From IMG/VR virus record IMGVR_UViG_3300035698_010466, positions 26,936-90,935 of that record: a stretch of 64,000 nucleotides of DNA; one strand, 5' to 3'. Positions 15,021-25,791 of the stretch are shown piece after piece. The notes under the pieces were generated by a model. That model worked only from the letters and a program-made list of their open reading frames with translations, did not search any database and was not told where the DNA came from. Numbering within the stretch: position 1 is the first letter of the stretch; every line of letters begins with the position of its first letter. This stretch comes from a virus. Both the position numbers and the translations under genes were made by a program.

Positions 15021-15899
15021 ATGAGAAGATATATAGGCGAAACTTTTGCAGAGGCATATCAAATTGCATTACAGGATATATCAAATAATCCTGAATTTAT
15101 AACTGCACCAAGAGATATGCATATCAAAGAAGTTACAAATGCAGTATTAGTTATTCAAGATCCTTCATTTCCACTTTATGAAAATGAAAGACGAAGTAGT
15201 CAATTAAAATATATTGCTGGAGAATTAGTTTGGTATTTCACTGGGCGAAATGATGTTGAATTTATTTCAAAGTTTTCAAAGTTTTGGAAGCATTTAGCTA
15301 ATAGTGATGGGACAGTTAATTCTGCTTATGGAAATCTTATATTCAAAGATAGAAATCCGTTAGGTTATACACAATATCAATGGGCATTAAATTCTTTGTT
15401 AAATGATAAAGATTCACGACAAGCAATTATGCATTTTAATACTCCTGAACATCAATGGGAAGGTAATCGAGATTTTGTATGTACTCTTACTGGAGTATTT
15501 CAAATCAGAGATGATAAGTTACATTTTACTATTGACATGAGATCTAATGATATTATCTTAGGTACACCTACTGATGTCGCTTTCTTTTGTATGTTACAAA
15601 TGCAAATGTTAGAACATTTAAGAAAGCATTATCCTGATTTAGAATTAGGTACTTATACTCATATAGTACATTCACTTCATATTTATGAAAGACATTTTGA
15701 TTTAGTAGATGAAATGTTAGAATATAAATTTGAGCCAATGTCTTTCCCTAGTATTAGAGAATTTTTTATAACGCCACAAGGGCATGCTACTTCGATTTTA
15801 AAGGAATTAGAACAAGGAATAGAAACAGAAGGTAAGTCAGATCTTCGTGGATCAAAGGATGATCCTTTATTTAATTGGATTATAAATCAAATATTATAA
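15021..15899 (+). CDS. thymidylate synthase paralog, probable dCMP hydroxymethylase/methylase type
   Basis: SAYG, DSRQA, DFVCT, MRSND..LGTPTD (Asp at the TS Asn177 position), SLHIYERH. Confidence 0.8.
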   Translation: MRRYIGETFAEAYQIALQDISNNPEFITAPRDMHIKEVTNAVLVIQDPSFPLYENERRSSQLKYIAGELVWYFTGRNDVEFISKFSKFWKHLANSDGTVNSAYGNLIFKDRNPLGYTQYQWALNSLLNDKDSRQAIMHFNTPEHQWEGNRDFVCTLTGVFQIRDDKLHFTIDMRSNDIILGTPTDVAFFCMLQMQMLEHLRKHYPDLELGTYTHIVHSLHIYERHFDLVDEMLEYKFEPMSFPSIREFFITPQGHATSILKELEQGIETEGKSDLRGSKDDPLFNWIINQIL

Positions 15900-16837
15900 T
15901 TATGAGAATAGCATTTCATAGTGGACATTTAGGAGTAAGAGGAACTGATATTGCAATATATGATTATGCGTTATATAATATGAGTTTGTTAGAAAATGAT
16001 TCTATTATAATTACCGATAAAAATGCAGATTTAACTACACTGGAAAAATTCAAGTCAAAGTTTAAAGTATTTTTTTATAATGATTTTAGTGAAATTGATA
16101 ACATAATTAAAAAAGAAAATGTTGATGCATTTTATTCTATTAAAGCTGGTTATAATGACGGAAAATTAGCTAAAAATGTTAAAAATTTAGTACATTCCGT
16201 TTTTATGCATAATGAACCACATGGCGATGTTTATGCATATGTATCTGAATGGTTGTCAGATAAAATGTCAAATAAGAATCTTCCTTATGTTCCGCATATG
16301 ATAAATTTACCTGATCATAATCATGATTATAAAGAAATGTTAAATTTAAAAGGTAAAACAGTTATAGGATGGTACGGTGGAGATAATTTTGAAATTTCTT
16401 TTGCTAGAAATGCAGTTATTGATATTGCTAAAAAACGCAAGGATATCGTATTTATGTTTATGAACTCAACTCCATTTGCTGATGAGTCTAATATTTTGTT
16501 TTTTGATAATATTTTCGACATGTACACTAAAGTTAGATTTATAAATACATGTGACGCGATGATTCATGCAAGACTTAGAGGAGAAACCTTCGGCTTAGCA
16601 ATTGGAGAATTTTCTAGTAAAAATAAACCTATAATTACTTATAGAAATTCAATAGAGTGTAATCATAATTTAATTTTAGGAAATAAAGGAATGTACTATT
16701 CAGATTATAATGAATTATATAATATTTTGAATAATCTTGATATTAATACGTCAAATGATTATAATTGTTATAAAGATTATAATCCTGTTAAAGTAATGGA
16801 AAAATTTAAAAAAATATTTTTAGATGAAAGCGTTTGA
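15875..16837 (+). CDS. GT-B glycosyltransferase
   Basis: RGTDIAIYDYA; HARLRGETFGLAIGE; likely start at 15902. Confidence 0.8.
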   Translation: MDYKSNIIIMRIAFHSGHLGVRGTDIAIYDYALYNMSLLENDSIIITDKNADLTTLEKFKSKFKVFFYNDFSEIDNIIKKENVDAFYSIKAGYNDGKLAKNVKNLVHSVFMHNEPHGDVYAYVSEWLSDKMSNKNLPYVPHMINLPDHNHDYKEMLNLKGKTVIGWYGGDNFEISFARNAVIDIAKKRKDIVFMFMNSTPFADESNILFFDNIFDMYTKVRFINTCDAMIHARLRGETFGLAIGEFSSKNKPIITYRNSIECNHNLILGNKGMYYSDYNELYNILNNLDINTSNDYNCYKDYNPVKVMEKFKKIFLDESV

Positions 16838-17465
16838 TAGTTGGTACAATATTATGGTTGAAAATATATTACCGGTTAAGATTATATTTGATAATTATTA
16901 TACTAGCGGTATTATTTTAGATATTGGTGGAAATGTAGGAGCTTTTACTGATTATGTTATAACTAAGTATCCTTTATGTGAAGTTCATATATTTGAACCG
17001 GTTTTAAAATTTAAAAACTATTTAGCTAATAAATATGAAAATACTAATGTGGAATTTGTGCCATGCGGGTTATGCGAAATTAAAAAATCAGTTCGAATAA
17101 GTACAGATTCTACTAACTTAGGATTGAATGAAATAACCCATGAAGATGCAAGTCATTTAGAATTAATTCAATTAATTACATTAGATGATTATATTATTTC
17201 GAATAAGATAAATGAAATTGGGTTAATCAAAATTGACGTAGAATTTTACGAACCTTTTGTATTAAAGGGAATGCGAAAATATATTGAAACTAGTAAAAAA
17301 TTACCTTTTATAATTATAGAACATAATTATGAACTTTCTCCATATAAAGATACTCAAGATGAAGTATTTTCATGGTTATTTAATTATTATGAAGAATTTG
17401 ACTATAGTTCATATAATTATACAAAAGATATAATATTAATTCCAAAAATAAATTATAATGAATAA
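16824..17465 (+). CDS. FkbM-family methyltransferase
   Basis: LDIGGNVG, FEPV, TLDDY, IKIDVE. Confidence 0.88.
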   Translation: MKAFDSWYNIMVENILPVKIIFDNYYTSGIILDIGGNVGAFTDYVITKYPLCEVHIFEPVLKFKNYLANKYENTNVEFVPCGLCEIKKSVRISTDSTNLGLNEITHEDASHLELIQLITLDDYIISNKINEIGLIKIDVEFYEPFVLKGMRKYIETSKKLPFIIIEHNYELSPYKDTQDEVFSWLFNYYEEFDYSSYNYTKDIILIPKINYNE

Positions 17466-18204
17466 ATTACCAATTTCAATAGGTATTCTTGCATGGCATT
17501 CTAATGAAACTTTAATTAATACACTTGAAACATATAAGAAGAATAATTTAAGAAGTATAGTAAATGACATCACTATATTTTTTCAAGAATTTACGGACGA
17601 AGATAAAAAAATTGCAGATCATTTTAATATTTCTTATATTAAAAGTGATAAAAATATTGGCATTGGTAAAGGTTTTATTAAATTAGCAAAAAATGCAAAA
17701 ACTGATCATATTTTATTATTAGAACATGATTGGGCATTAATTGAAAATAAAGATATATCATATTCAAGATTATTAGAAGGTTTAAATTTAATTAATAATG
17801 GGTATCATTGTGTTAAATATAGACATCGAAAAAATTATGGGGATCCTTTATTTTCACGAAATGCATATGAAGGAAATGAACTGAATCATTATGATCCGGT
17901 GATAGGTTTAGTATCTCCTCATTTATTAGATACTATACATTGGATTGATAATCCAGATATTATATTTTCTGATAAAATTAAAAAGAAAGACAATTTTTAT
18001 AACACTATAAGTAGATGGGCAAATTGGACAAACAATCCTTGTTTATATAATGCTAATTTTTATATAAACATAGTTCAACAGTTTGTTGGAGAAAACATTG
18101 AACTAGAAAATAATATTAGTGCTTGGTGGGCAAAAGAAAATTTTAAAGTAGCACAAGGTGAAGGATTATTTAAACATAATGATTTAAAAAAATATAACTT
18201 ATGA
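17458..18204 (+). CDS. putative GT-A glycosyltransferase
   Basis: NIGIG, LLEHDW, WTNNP. Confidence 0.6.
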   Translation: MNKLPISIGILAWHSNETLINTLETYKKNNLRSIVNDITIFFQEFTDEDKKIADHFNISYIKSDKNIGIGKGFIKLAKNAKTDHILLLEHDWALIENKDISYSRLLEGLNLINNGYHCVKYRHRKNYGDPLFSRNAYEGNELNHYDPVIGLVSPHLLDTIHWIDNPDIIFSDKIKKKDNFYNTISRWANWTNNPCLYNANFYINIVQQFVGENIELENNISAWWAKENFKVAQGEGLFKHNDLKKYNL

Positions 18205-19025
18205 TAATAGATACATTTCCATATTTTAATGAAAAAGAATTATTAGAACTTAGAATAAATTTGTTAAAAGATTATGTTGATAGGTTTATAATAATTGATG
18301 CAAACAGAACTCATACCGGGCATCATAAAGAATTTACGTGTAAAAATATACTTAGAGAGTTAAAGCTAACTTCAGATAAAATTATAGTTATAAATTTAGA
18401 TCTTTCTATTTATGATAATGAAAAAGATGATTGGGTTAGGGAACGCGCACAAAGAAATGAAGTGTCTAAATATGTTAATGATAATGATATATGTATTGTA
18501 ACCGATTGTGATGAAATCATAAATCCTATTTTTATTGGTCAACATACAAATTTTTTACAATCTAATTTCGGTACAGTTTTAATGATACCTTTATATTATT
18601 TACAACATAGAGGTGATCTTCAAGTGGCTGATGAAAATGGCAATTTACGCGAATGGATGGCATCTTATATGTGTAATGGAAAAATTTTTAAAAATAATAC
18701 ACCTTCTATCATAAGAGAAGCCATTTCAGTTGGTAATGAGATATCTTCTACGTATCATTTTACATGGTTAATAAATGATATAAAAAATGGATGGCATTTT
18801 ACTTGGATGGGAAATAACGAAACTCGAAAAATAAAAAGCAATTCAACTGCTGAATGTGAGTTAATTCATACTAAATTTAATTTACAAGATGACTCATATA
18901 AACCCGAAGTTGGTAATTTTGATTATTTAGGAAGGGAGGACCATATTCTTGTTAAATTTGATACTAAGTTGTTGCCTAAAATAATCAATAATTTGCCAAA
19001 TGTGAAACACTATTTATTTCAATAG
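18201..19025 (+). CDS. GT17 (MGAT3-like) glycosyltransferase
   Basis: IDTFPYFNEKELLELR, RERAQRN, DCDEI, GWHFTW. Confidence 0.85.
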   Translation: MIIDTFPYFNEKELLELRINLLKDYVDRFIIIDANRTHTGHHKEFTCKNILRELKLTSDKIIVINLDLSIYDNEKDDWVRERAQRNEVSKYVNDNDICIVTDCDEIINPIFIGQHTNFLQSNFGTVLMIPLYYLQHRGDLQVADENGNLREWMASYMCNGKIFKNNTPSIIREAISVGNEISSTYHFTWLINDIKNGWHFTWMGNNETRKIKSNSTAECELIHTKFNLQDDSYKPEVGNFDYLGREDHILVKFDTKLLPKIINNLPNVKHYLFQ

Positions 19026-19049
19026 AATATATAATCAAAATACTATTTA

Positions 19050-19991
19050 ATGCAATATCAATATATTAAATTATTTGAAGAATTTATTAGTTCTGATTTA
19101 AAGAAGATTTATCTTGCCATTAAACGAAGTAGTGGTCATAGATGGTGGACTTATAAAGGTTTTGCTGGAAATAAATTTTTTATTCAGATAGATGAAAATA
19201 ATATTAACACACTTGATATCAATTCTGATTATCCTATTTTAAATTACAATAGCGATACAATTAAAGAGCTTTTAAAAAATGGAAGTATTAAAGAAGAGAA
19301 CATATATAATAATCCTACTGACATTAATTTATCTGGATCTAAGGAAGAATTTCATAAATTGGTTGGAGATCATAAAAATGTACCCAAGACAGTTTATTCA
19401 AAAGATGAGGCGATAAAAGTACTAAGTTTTCCAATTATAGCAAAACCTGCTCATGGCCATAGTGGGATAGGAATTACCATCATTAATAATATAAATGAAA
19501 TGAATAATATTGATGAAAAGAATTTTGATACTTATTCTGAATTTATTGATAAGGCTGAAGAGATGAGATTTTTTACATTTAAAGGTAAACCTATTTTTTG
19601 GTTAGAACGTTTACCTATGAATGATAAAGCAAAAAATGGTAAGGGAGATACAAAAGAAGAAATGGAATTCAAATATATTAAGAGGAATATTTCTGAATTG
19701 CCAAAAGATTATAAAAATGTACTTACCGAGTTTTCAAATATTTTTAAAAAATTACCTTATATTTGTTTTGATGCAATGAAATCAAAAGATGGTAAAGTTT
19801 ATGTGGTTGAATCTAATGCTCAACCAGGTGTACCTTTTGACAGTACTGTCGAAATTTATAAAAGTATTTTTGAAGATTTTTATAAAAATCCAGTAAATAA
19901 AGAATCTAATAATCAACTAAATGATTATGCCAAAGAAATGGTAAAAATGACACTTAAAAAAGATAATAAAAGATTTTCTGATAAATCTTAA
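19050..19991 (+). CDS. ATP-grasp (RimK-like) ligase with capsid-targeting-like N-terminus
   Basis: VPKT, FPIIAKP..GHSGIGI, CFD, VESNAQPG; N-terminal YIKLFEEFI. Confidence 0.8.
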   Translation: MQYQYIKLFEEFISSDLKKIYLAIKRSSGHRWWTYKGFAGNKFFIQIDENNINTLDINSDYPILNYNSDTIKELLKNGSIKEENIYNNPTDINLSGSKEEFHKLVGDHKNVPKTVYSKDEAIKVLSFPIIAKPAHGHSGIGITIINNINEMNNIDEKNFDTYSEFIDKAEEMRFFTFKGKPIFWLERLPMNDKAKNGKGDTKEEMEFKYIKRNISELPKDYKNVLTEFSNIFKKLPYICFDAMKSKDGKVYVVESNAQPGVPFDSTVEIYKSIFEDFYKNPVNKESNNQLNDYAKEMVKMTLKKDNKRFSDKS

Positions 19992-20064
19992 TTTTTTAAG
20001 AGTTGAACTTTCAATGTTTAAATAAACTTGTTATAATTAATTAAATAAAACTATATGCTTATTT

Positions 20065-20604
20065 ATGTTAGACGATAATATACCCAAAGATTTCTTTTTA
20101 ACATCAGACACATGGTTTGGTAGACAACAGATTTTAGAAATAGGAAACAGACGTTCATTTTCATCAATTGATGACATGAATAAAACCTTCATAAAAAATT
20201 GGAATAAGGTAGTTAAGAAAGATGACGTTATATTTCATTTAGGTAATTTCGCATGGGATCCTAAAACAGCAAATGACATGTTAGTAAAACTTAATGGTAT
20301 TATTTATTTTGTATTAGGTAATGTTGATGAAGCATTACTTGAAGTTTATGAAAAATACAAAGGCGTTTATGTTCTATCTGATCAAATAGTTGAACTAAAA
20401 GAACATGACGCTATAATATCACATTACCCATTAGAAGAGTGGAATGGTAAAGAAACCGGTACTATTCATTTTCATGGTCATACTATTTATAGACTTAAAA
20501 CTGATTTTAATTTAATGAACAGGGTTAATGTATGTACAGATTTTTGGAACTATACACCTATAAGATATTCAACAATTAAAGAATTTATAAATGAGAAAAA
20601 GTAA
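20065..20604 (+). CDS. calcineurin-like metallophosphoesterase (some metal ligands substituted)
   Basis: TSDTWFG, FHLGNF, GNVD, SHYP, FHGH. Confidence 0.75.
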   Translation: MLDDNIPKDFFLTSDTWFGRQQILEIGNRRSFSSIDDMNKTFIKNWNKVVKKDDVIFHLGNFAWDPKTANDMLVKLNGIIYFVLGNVDEALLEVYEKYKGVYVLSDQIVELKEHDAIISHYPLEEWNGKETGTIHFHGHTIYRLKTDFNLMNRVNVCTDFWNYTPIRYSTIKEFINEKK

Positions 20605-21220
20605 AACTTACAAAGAATTAGCAATTGAGTTTCAAAAAACTCGCTCAGTAAAGGCTTATAACGAACTTTATCGTAAAATAAAACCAGGGTTATCAAGATA
20701 TGTATATAACATTGTCAAAGATCAATCCATTGCAGATGACATAGTTTCTTCAACATTAACTACAATTTATTTAAAAATTGATCAGTATAATGAAGAATAC
20801 CAAATTACTACATGGGCTTATAAAATTGCATATAATGAATGCATAGGATGGATTAGGCACCGTAACAAAAAAGTAAGTTTAAATGTATTTACTGATGCAG
20901 GTGTTGACCCATCAGTAAAAGTTTCAATAGGAGCTCTTGATGAAAATTTTATTAAAACTGATGAAGATTTTATTGAAGAGGATAATATCATTGATGAACA
21001 AACACGACTAACAAAGGAAGCTATTTATGCATTACCTCCGATGTATAAGAAATATGTAGTTGAAAGATTTATACACAATAAATCATATCTTGATATTTTA
21101 GATGTAATGAAAACACATGAAAGAAATATAAATTTACAAACTGTAAAGAATAGAATATTTCGTGGCAGAAACATTATTAAAAACCAATTAGAAAAAATGA
21201 GAGTTTTTAATGAAGTTTAA
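20591..21220 (+). CDS. ECF-like RNA polymerase sigma factor
   Basis: Region 2 (ADDIVS..IY.KIDQY...TTWAYKIAYN) and region 4 (LPPMY...TVKNRIFRGR). Confidence 0.85.
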   Translation: MRKSKTYKELAIEFQKTRSVKAYNELYRKIKPGLSRYVYNIVKDQSIADDIVSSTLTTIYLKIDQYNEEYQITTWAYKIAYNECIGWIRHRNKKVSLNVFTDAGVDPSVKVSIGALDENFIKTDEDFIEEDNIIDEQTRLTKEAIYALPPMYKKYVVERFIHNKSYLDILDVMKTHERNINLQTVKNRIFRGRNIIKNQLEKMRVFNEV

Positions 21221-21235
21221 AAATAATATAATGTT

Positions 21236-21679
21236 ATGTATATAAATGACTTAATACATGAAGCAAAAATATGGTATAAAGTAAGAAAGATTGCCAAAGA
21301 AAATTTAGAAATTTTAGATGAAAATGGATTTAGGGTTGATTGGGTAGGCCGTATTTATACAATTATTAATTTACCTGAAGAAGTTATTACTCAGCCTGTT
21401 TCAGAAAATGCATACGTTCTTATGACTATGCAAAAATTCAATCAACTATTTTTAGATTTAGGAATAGGCAGTGATGTTTTTCCAACATTAAAAAAACTAC
21501 CAAATCGATTTGCTTATCTTTTATATTTGTCACCGGATAGAGAATTTTTTAAATTTTGGAAAATGACTAAATTTTTATTCAGCATAGTCGGATTAGCAAT
21601 ATTACTTCGAATAATCGGTGGTTTGTTTGTTAAGTATTGGGATTATCTTTCTGGATTAATAAGTAGCATAAATTTATAA
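21236..21679 (+). CDS. hypothetical protein with C-terminal membrane anchor
   Basis: ORF; hydrophobic C-terminal helix. Confidence 0.7.
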   Translation: MYINDLIHEAKIWYKVRKIAKENLEILDENGFRVDWVGRIYTIINLPEEVITQPVSENAYVLMTMQKFNQLFLDLGIGSDVFPTLKKLPNRFAYLLYLSPDREFFKFWKMTKFLFSIVGLAILLRIIGGLFVKYWDYLSGLISSINL

Positions 21680-21680
21680 T

Positions 21681-22409
21681 ATGTCAATAGTAACTCAAAC
21701 AATTAATAATAAGCGATATTACTTAATAAGAGATGCGAAACTTCCATCTGTAACATCTATTATTGGTTCTATGACCGATGATTCATGGTTAGAGAAATGG
21801 GAGAAGCGTATAGGTAAAGAAGAAGCTAATCGTATTACAATATTTTCAGCTAATCGTGGTACTATCATGCATCAAATGTGTGAGTACTTTTTAGGGTCTA
21901 TCTTAGAAACTCAAAGAGATCGTTTAATAGAAACACAAACAAGAATAATTAAATTTGTTGAAAAAGAAGGTTTTACTGACGAGGAATTAAATGTAGGCAG
22001 AAAATTATTTTATACATTTTATAATAATGGATTATTCGATAAGATAAAAGATGTAATTAGTTTAGAGGAGGCGTTGTACTCACATGTATGCGGCGGTTAT
22101 GCAGGTAGGGTAGATACTATTTATAGAAATAAAAAACTAATGCTACTCATCTTAGATTTTAAGACTAGTCGTAAGCTTAAAAAGAAGGAATGGATAAAAA
22201 ATTATTACATACAAACTGCCGCATATTTTTTAGCTTATTGGGAAATGACAGGCATAAGACCTGATGGCGGTGAAGTTTGGATTGCAGTAGAAGATAATGT
22301 ACCACAAGTCTTTGAAATTTCTTGGGAAGAGATCAAAGAATATGGTAAAGAATTTTTAATGATGGTTAAAGATTATCATAAACAATATCCCTTACCTAAG
22401 AATATATAA
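21681..22409 (+). CDS. PD-(D/E)XK (Cas4/RecB-like) exonuclease
   Basis: LPSVTSI, RGTIMH, YAGRVD, LDFKTS, YYIQTAAY. Confidence 0.88.
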   Translation: MSIVTQTINNKRYYLIRDAKLPSVTSIIGSMTDDSWLEKWEKRIGKEEANRITIFSANRGTIMHQMCEYFLGSILETQRDRLIETQTRIIKFVEKEGFTDEELNVGRKLFYTFYNNGLFDKIKDVISLEEALYSHVCGGYAGRVDTIYRNKKLMLLILDFKTSRKLKKKEWIKNYYIQTAAYFLAYWEMTGIRPDGGEVWIAVEDNVPQVFEISWEEIKEYGKEFLMMVKDYHKQYPLPKNI

Positions 22410-22424
22410 AAAAATAATTACCCA

Positions 22425-22715
22425 ATGACCATAAAAAAATTCGCTGAGTTTATTTCTGAAGAATCTAAATATATTAGAGATAAGAAAGTTAAACACATAG
22501 AAGATATCGAAATTAAAGATGGATCTGATAAAAAATTAGAAAAAGAGGTTGATGATTATATGATTAAAAAAGGCGAGGCATGTCCTCGTTGTGGTGAAGA
22601 ACCTGATGATTGTGTTTGTAAAGATAAGGATCCGTGGTCAACTCAAAATTATCACAGAGTTCCTAAAGGAAAGGTGAAAGAGAATAAACCTAAACAAAAA
22701 TTCAAATCTGATTAA
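22425..22715 (+). CDS. small Cys-containing protein with capsid-targeting-like N-terminus
   Basis: IKKFAEFISEE; CPRCG...CVC. Confidence 0.7.
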   Translation: MTIKKFAEFISEESKYIRDKKVKHIEDIEIKDGSDKKLEKEVDDYMIKKGEACPRCGEEPDDCVCKDKDPWSTQNYHRVPKGKVKENKPKQKFKSD

Positions 22716-22717
22716 TT

Positions 22718-23008
22718 ATGAACAATTTTAATAAATTTTTTAAAGATAATGGTATGATTATAATAATAGTCATATTATTATTGTTTTATATTAAATCATG
22801 TAATATACATTCTGATGTAGAGAAAACGCAAACCCAAGTAAATAGTATTGAATATAAGATTGATTCATTAACACAAGTTACAATAGATGAAGATGAAATG
22901 GTTGATATCATTAAAGATACACCAGCTTGGAAAACTCTAAGACTTGAAGAAATATCTGATAAAGAACATATTTCTATTAATGTCTTAGAAGAAAAAGAAA
23001 AGGAATAA
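22718..23008 (+). CDS. membrane-anchored hypothetical protein
   Basis: N-terminal hydrophobic helix followed by KSC. Confidence 0.65.
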   Translation: MNNFNKFFKDNGMIIIIVILLLFYIKSCNIHSDVEKTQTQVNSIEYKIDSLTQVTIDEDEMVDIIKDTPAWKTLRLEEISDKEHISINVLEEKEKE

Positions 23009-24213
23009 TGTCTGTAACATATAACGTATCGGATCCATCTTGTTCAATGTCATCTTGTTCAAGAATTATTGCACAAGTTAGTTGTATTGATATAATTATG
23101 CAAGGGACTACAAGCTGCATAGACATTCAATTATTTGATAGTGATGGAAATCCATTAGATTTAACTACTATTGATAAAATAGAATTAAAAGTATTTAATG
23201 AACTTGAATGTGTTATTGGAAATTTTTGGTACCCTGAGATACCTTTAAATGAAAATGGATCTTTATTAGGAATATTACAAGAAACTGCGACTGGTGGTAC
23301 AATTGTTAATAAAGGCATCATAAGAGTATGTTTAGCATCAACTACAACTCACACATCACCTGGTGGTATTTTTGCTGAAATTTTATTGTACACTGAACTT
23401 GGAATAGACACGGGATCAACCGGTGGTGAAATGCAATATGATATTGTAGGAATTCCATGTTTTCAAATAGGAACAATTATTGAATCTAAAATTCTTAATA
23501 GTGAATCTGGATTATCAGAAGGTGTTGGTATAAGAGTATTTGGAGGTACGCAGGGAACACAGGGTATTCAAGGAATAATTGGAAGCCAAGGTACACAGGG
23601 TATTCAGGGTATAATTGGAAATCAAGGTGTCCAGGGAATCCAAGGAACGTTTGGAATTCAAGGTATAATTGGAATTCAAGGTGTCCAGGGAATTCAAGGG
23701 ATGCTTGGAATTCAAGGAACTCAAGGAATTCAAGGAACTCAAGGAACTCAAGGAATTCAAGGTATTTTAGGAGTTCAAGGTATTCAGGGTGTAGCAGGAT
23801 TTGGTTTTGGTGAATATTTTACATTAAGTGCATTTACTATACCTTCTCATAAGGCTGATGTTTTAACATTATATGATAAAGATTATAATCAATTTTCACA
23901 TTATGACATAGACAATAATACTATAGTATGGTTTGAAGCAAGTATTGTAGCAATTGGTGGAACCGATAACATTTATGCAACATGGCTATATAGAGGTAGT
24001 ATACAAAGAGGAAGCACTTTAATTTCTCTTATATGGTCTTATGCTGGCGATCCGGTATTAGTTCATGGCGGTAATCAATTTGATTTAGAATTAACAGTAC
24101 GTCTTAATAATAGTTCTAATGGTGGATTGGATTTTTATGTGGACAGTGATAACATCACTGATATTGTTTATTGGGCAGGGGAATTAAAAATTATAAAAAG
24201 AACTTTTATATAA
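23008..24213 (+). CDS. collagen-like (G-x-Q repeat) structural/fibre protein
   Basis: Run of GTQ/GIQ/GVQ triplets at 23545-23795. Confidence 0.8.
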   Translation: MSVTYNVSDPSCSMSSCSRIIAQVSCIDIIMQGTTSCIDIQLFDSDGNPLDLTTIDKIELKVFNELECVIGNFWYPEIPLNENGSLLGILQETATGGTIVNKGIIRVCLASTTTHTSPGGIFAEILLYTELGIDTGSTGGEMQYDIVGIPCFQIGTIIESKILNSESGLSEGVGIRVFGGTQGTQGIQGIIGSQGTQGIQGIIGNQGVQGIQGTFGIQGIIGIQGVQGIQGMLGIQGTQGIQGTQGTQGIQGILGVQGIQGVAGFGFGEYFTLSAFTIPSHKADVLTLYDKDYNQFSHYDIDNNTIVWFEASIVAIGGTDNIYATWLYRGSIQRGSTLISLIWSYAGDPVLVHGGNQFDLELTVRLNNSSNGGLDFYVDSDNITDIVYWAGELKIIKRTFI

Positions 24214-24216
24214 ATT

Positions 24217-24972
24217 ATGAAAAATAAAATAGTACATTATTCAATTATAATAATATTTGCTAGTTTATATTTTTTGGTTGCTACAATATCAATGATAAAT
24301 TCTGTATCATTTTTCGATATTGCTCACGAAGGAATTATGAATTGGGCATTAGCAATAGGATTTGAATTAGGTGCAGCTGCATCATTGGCGGCTATTATAA
24401 TTTTACAAAAAACAAACCAAACGTTAGTTTGGGGTTTATTTTTAATTTTAACTTCATTTCAAATGATGGCTAATTCATTTCATGCGTTCATAAATTTAGA
24501 AAATTATATGGCGTGGATTGAACTATTTGGATTACAAGATGAATCATTAATTTATAAAAAAAGAATAGTATCAATAGTTAGTGGTGCAATTTTACCTTTA
24601 GTGGCACTAGGATTTATTAAATCATTAGTAGATTACATTAGACCGTCATCAAAAGAAGAACCACTAAAGCCAATACCTGAATACATACCTGACTACAATG
24701 AAACCGATGAAACCGTTGATTGGGATACAATAGAAGAATCAAAAGAAAACAAAGATAACAGTACAAATATAAGTTCCGAATCGGAAACAGTTATAGAGAC
24801 TGAAGAATTACTTGATGATACATCAGAAAAGGTAGAATCATCGTTACAAACTAAATCTCCAGAAGAAACTGAACCTCAAATTATTGAGAAACCTTCAGTT
24901 GAAGAAACTAAAAAAAATAACGATAATTCTAATAAAAGGGTATATCAAAAGCAACATGTTTATAAACCATAA
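24217..24972 (+). CDS. four-helix membrane protein with acidic C-terminal tail
   Basis: Four hydrophobic segments then an E/T/S-rich region. Confidence 0.75.
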   Translation: MKNKIVHYSIIIIFASLYFLVATISMINSVSFFDIAHEGIMNWALAIGFELGAAASLAAIIILQKTNQTLVWGLFLILTSFQMMANSFHAFINLENYMAWIELFGLQDESLIYKKRIVSIVSGAILPLVALGFIKSLVDYIRPSSKEEPLKPIPEYIPDYNETDETVDWDTIEESKENKDNSTNISSESETVIETEELLDDTSEKVESSLQTKSPEETEPQIIEKPSVEETKKNNDNSNKRVYQKQHVYKP

Positions 24973-25011
24973 ATAAACAATCTTCTCTAATTAATTTGTG
25001 GATTAAAATAA

Positions 25012-25746
25012 ATGTATAATATGTCGGGTAAAACCAACGATGATGAGAAATTTCGTAAAAAAAGAGTTATTAAAAATCCAATTAAGTTTAAATTACAATT
25101 AAATGAAGAACAAAAATTAACCAAAGAGCAAATATTAAATAATACCATAACATTACTTGCTGGTAAAGCAGGAAGTGGAAAAACGTTATTGGCCTGCCAA
25201 ATTGCATTAGATGGATTATTTAGAAACGAATATAGCAAAATCATAATAACACGTCCAACTGTATCAAAAGAAGATATCGGTTTTTTACCAGGGGATCTGC
25301 ATGATAAAATGGATCCATGGGTACAACCAATTTATCAAAACATGTATCTTTTATATGATAAAGTTAAAATCGATAAATACATATCTGATGGAAAAATTGA
25401 AATAGTTCCAGTATCATTTATGCGTGGACGAACTTTTATAGATTCTTGTTTAATTGAAGGTGAAGTGATATTAACTAAAGATAATGGATATATGAAAGTT
25501 GAAGATATTTTAAGCGATATTATACTTGGAATATTTCATAATGTATTATCTTATAATGAAACTACTAATATATTTGAATATAAATTATTAGATGCAATAT
25601 CACCCGCTAACATAAATTCATACATAGAAATTGAATTAGAAAATGGTGATATTACAAAAGTTTCGTCTGACCATGAATTTTATACCAAACGAGGTTTAAT
25701 TAAAGCAAAAAATTTATTAGATTCTGATGAAATACTTTCATTATAA
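25012..25746 (+). CDS. phoH: PhoH N-terminal part fused to split intein N-fragment (99 aa from 25447)
   Basis: GKAGSGKT, GFLPGD, FMRGRTFIDS|CLIEGEVILT...SSDHEFYT. Confidence 0.9.
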   Translation: MYNMSGKTNDDEKFRKKRVIKNPIKFKLQLNEEQKLTKEQILNNTITLLAGKAGSGKTLLACQIALDGLFRNEYSKIIITRPTVSKEDIGFLPGDLHDKMDPWVQPIYQNMYLLYDKVKIDKYISDGKIEIVPVSFMRGRTFIDSCLIEGEVILTKDNGYMKVEDILSDIILGIFHNVLSYNETTNIFEYKLLDAISPANINSYIEIELENGDITKVSSDHEFYTKRGLIKAKNLLDSDEILSL

Positions 25747-25791
25747 GTGATGAAATACACATAATAAGAATATATAAAATAAAACTATATA

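Noticed and set aside
21681-22409. Cas4-like nuclease as part of a CRISPR-Cas system
   Set aside because: No array or other cas genes; stand-alone PD-(D/E)XK exonucleases are common in phages
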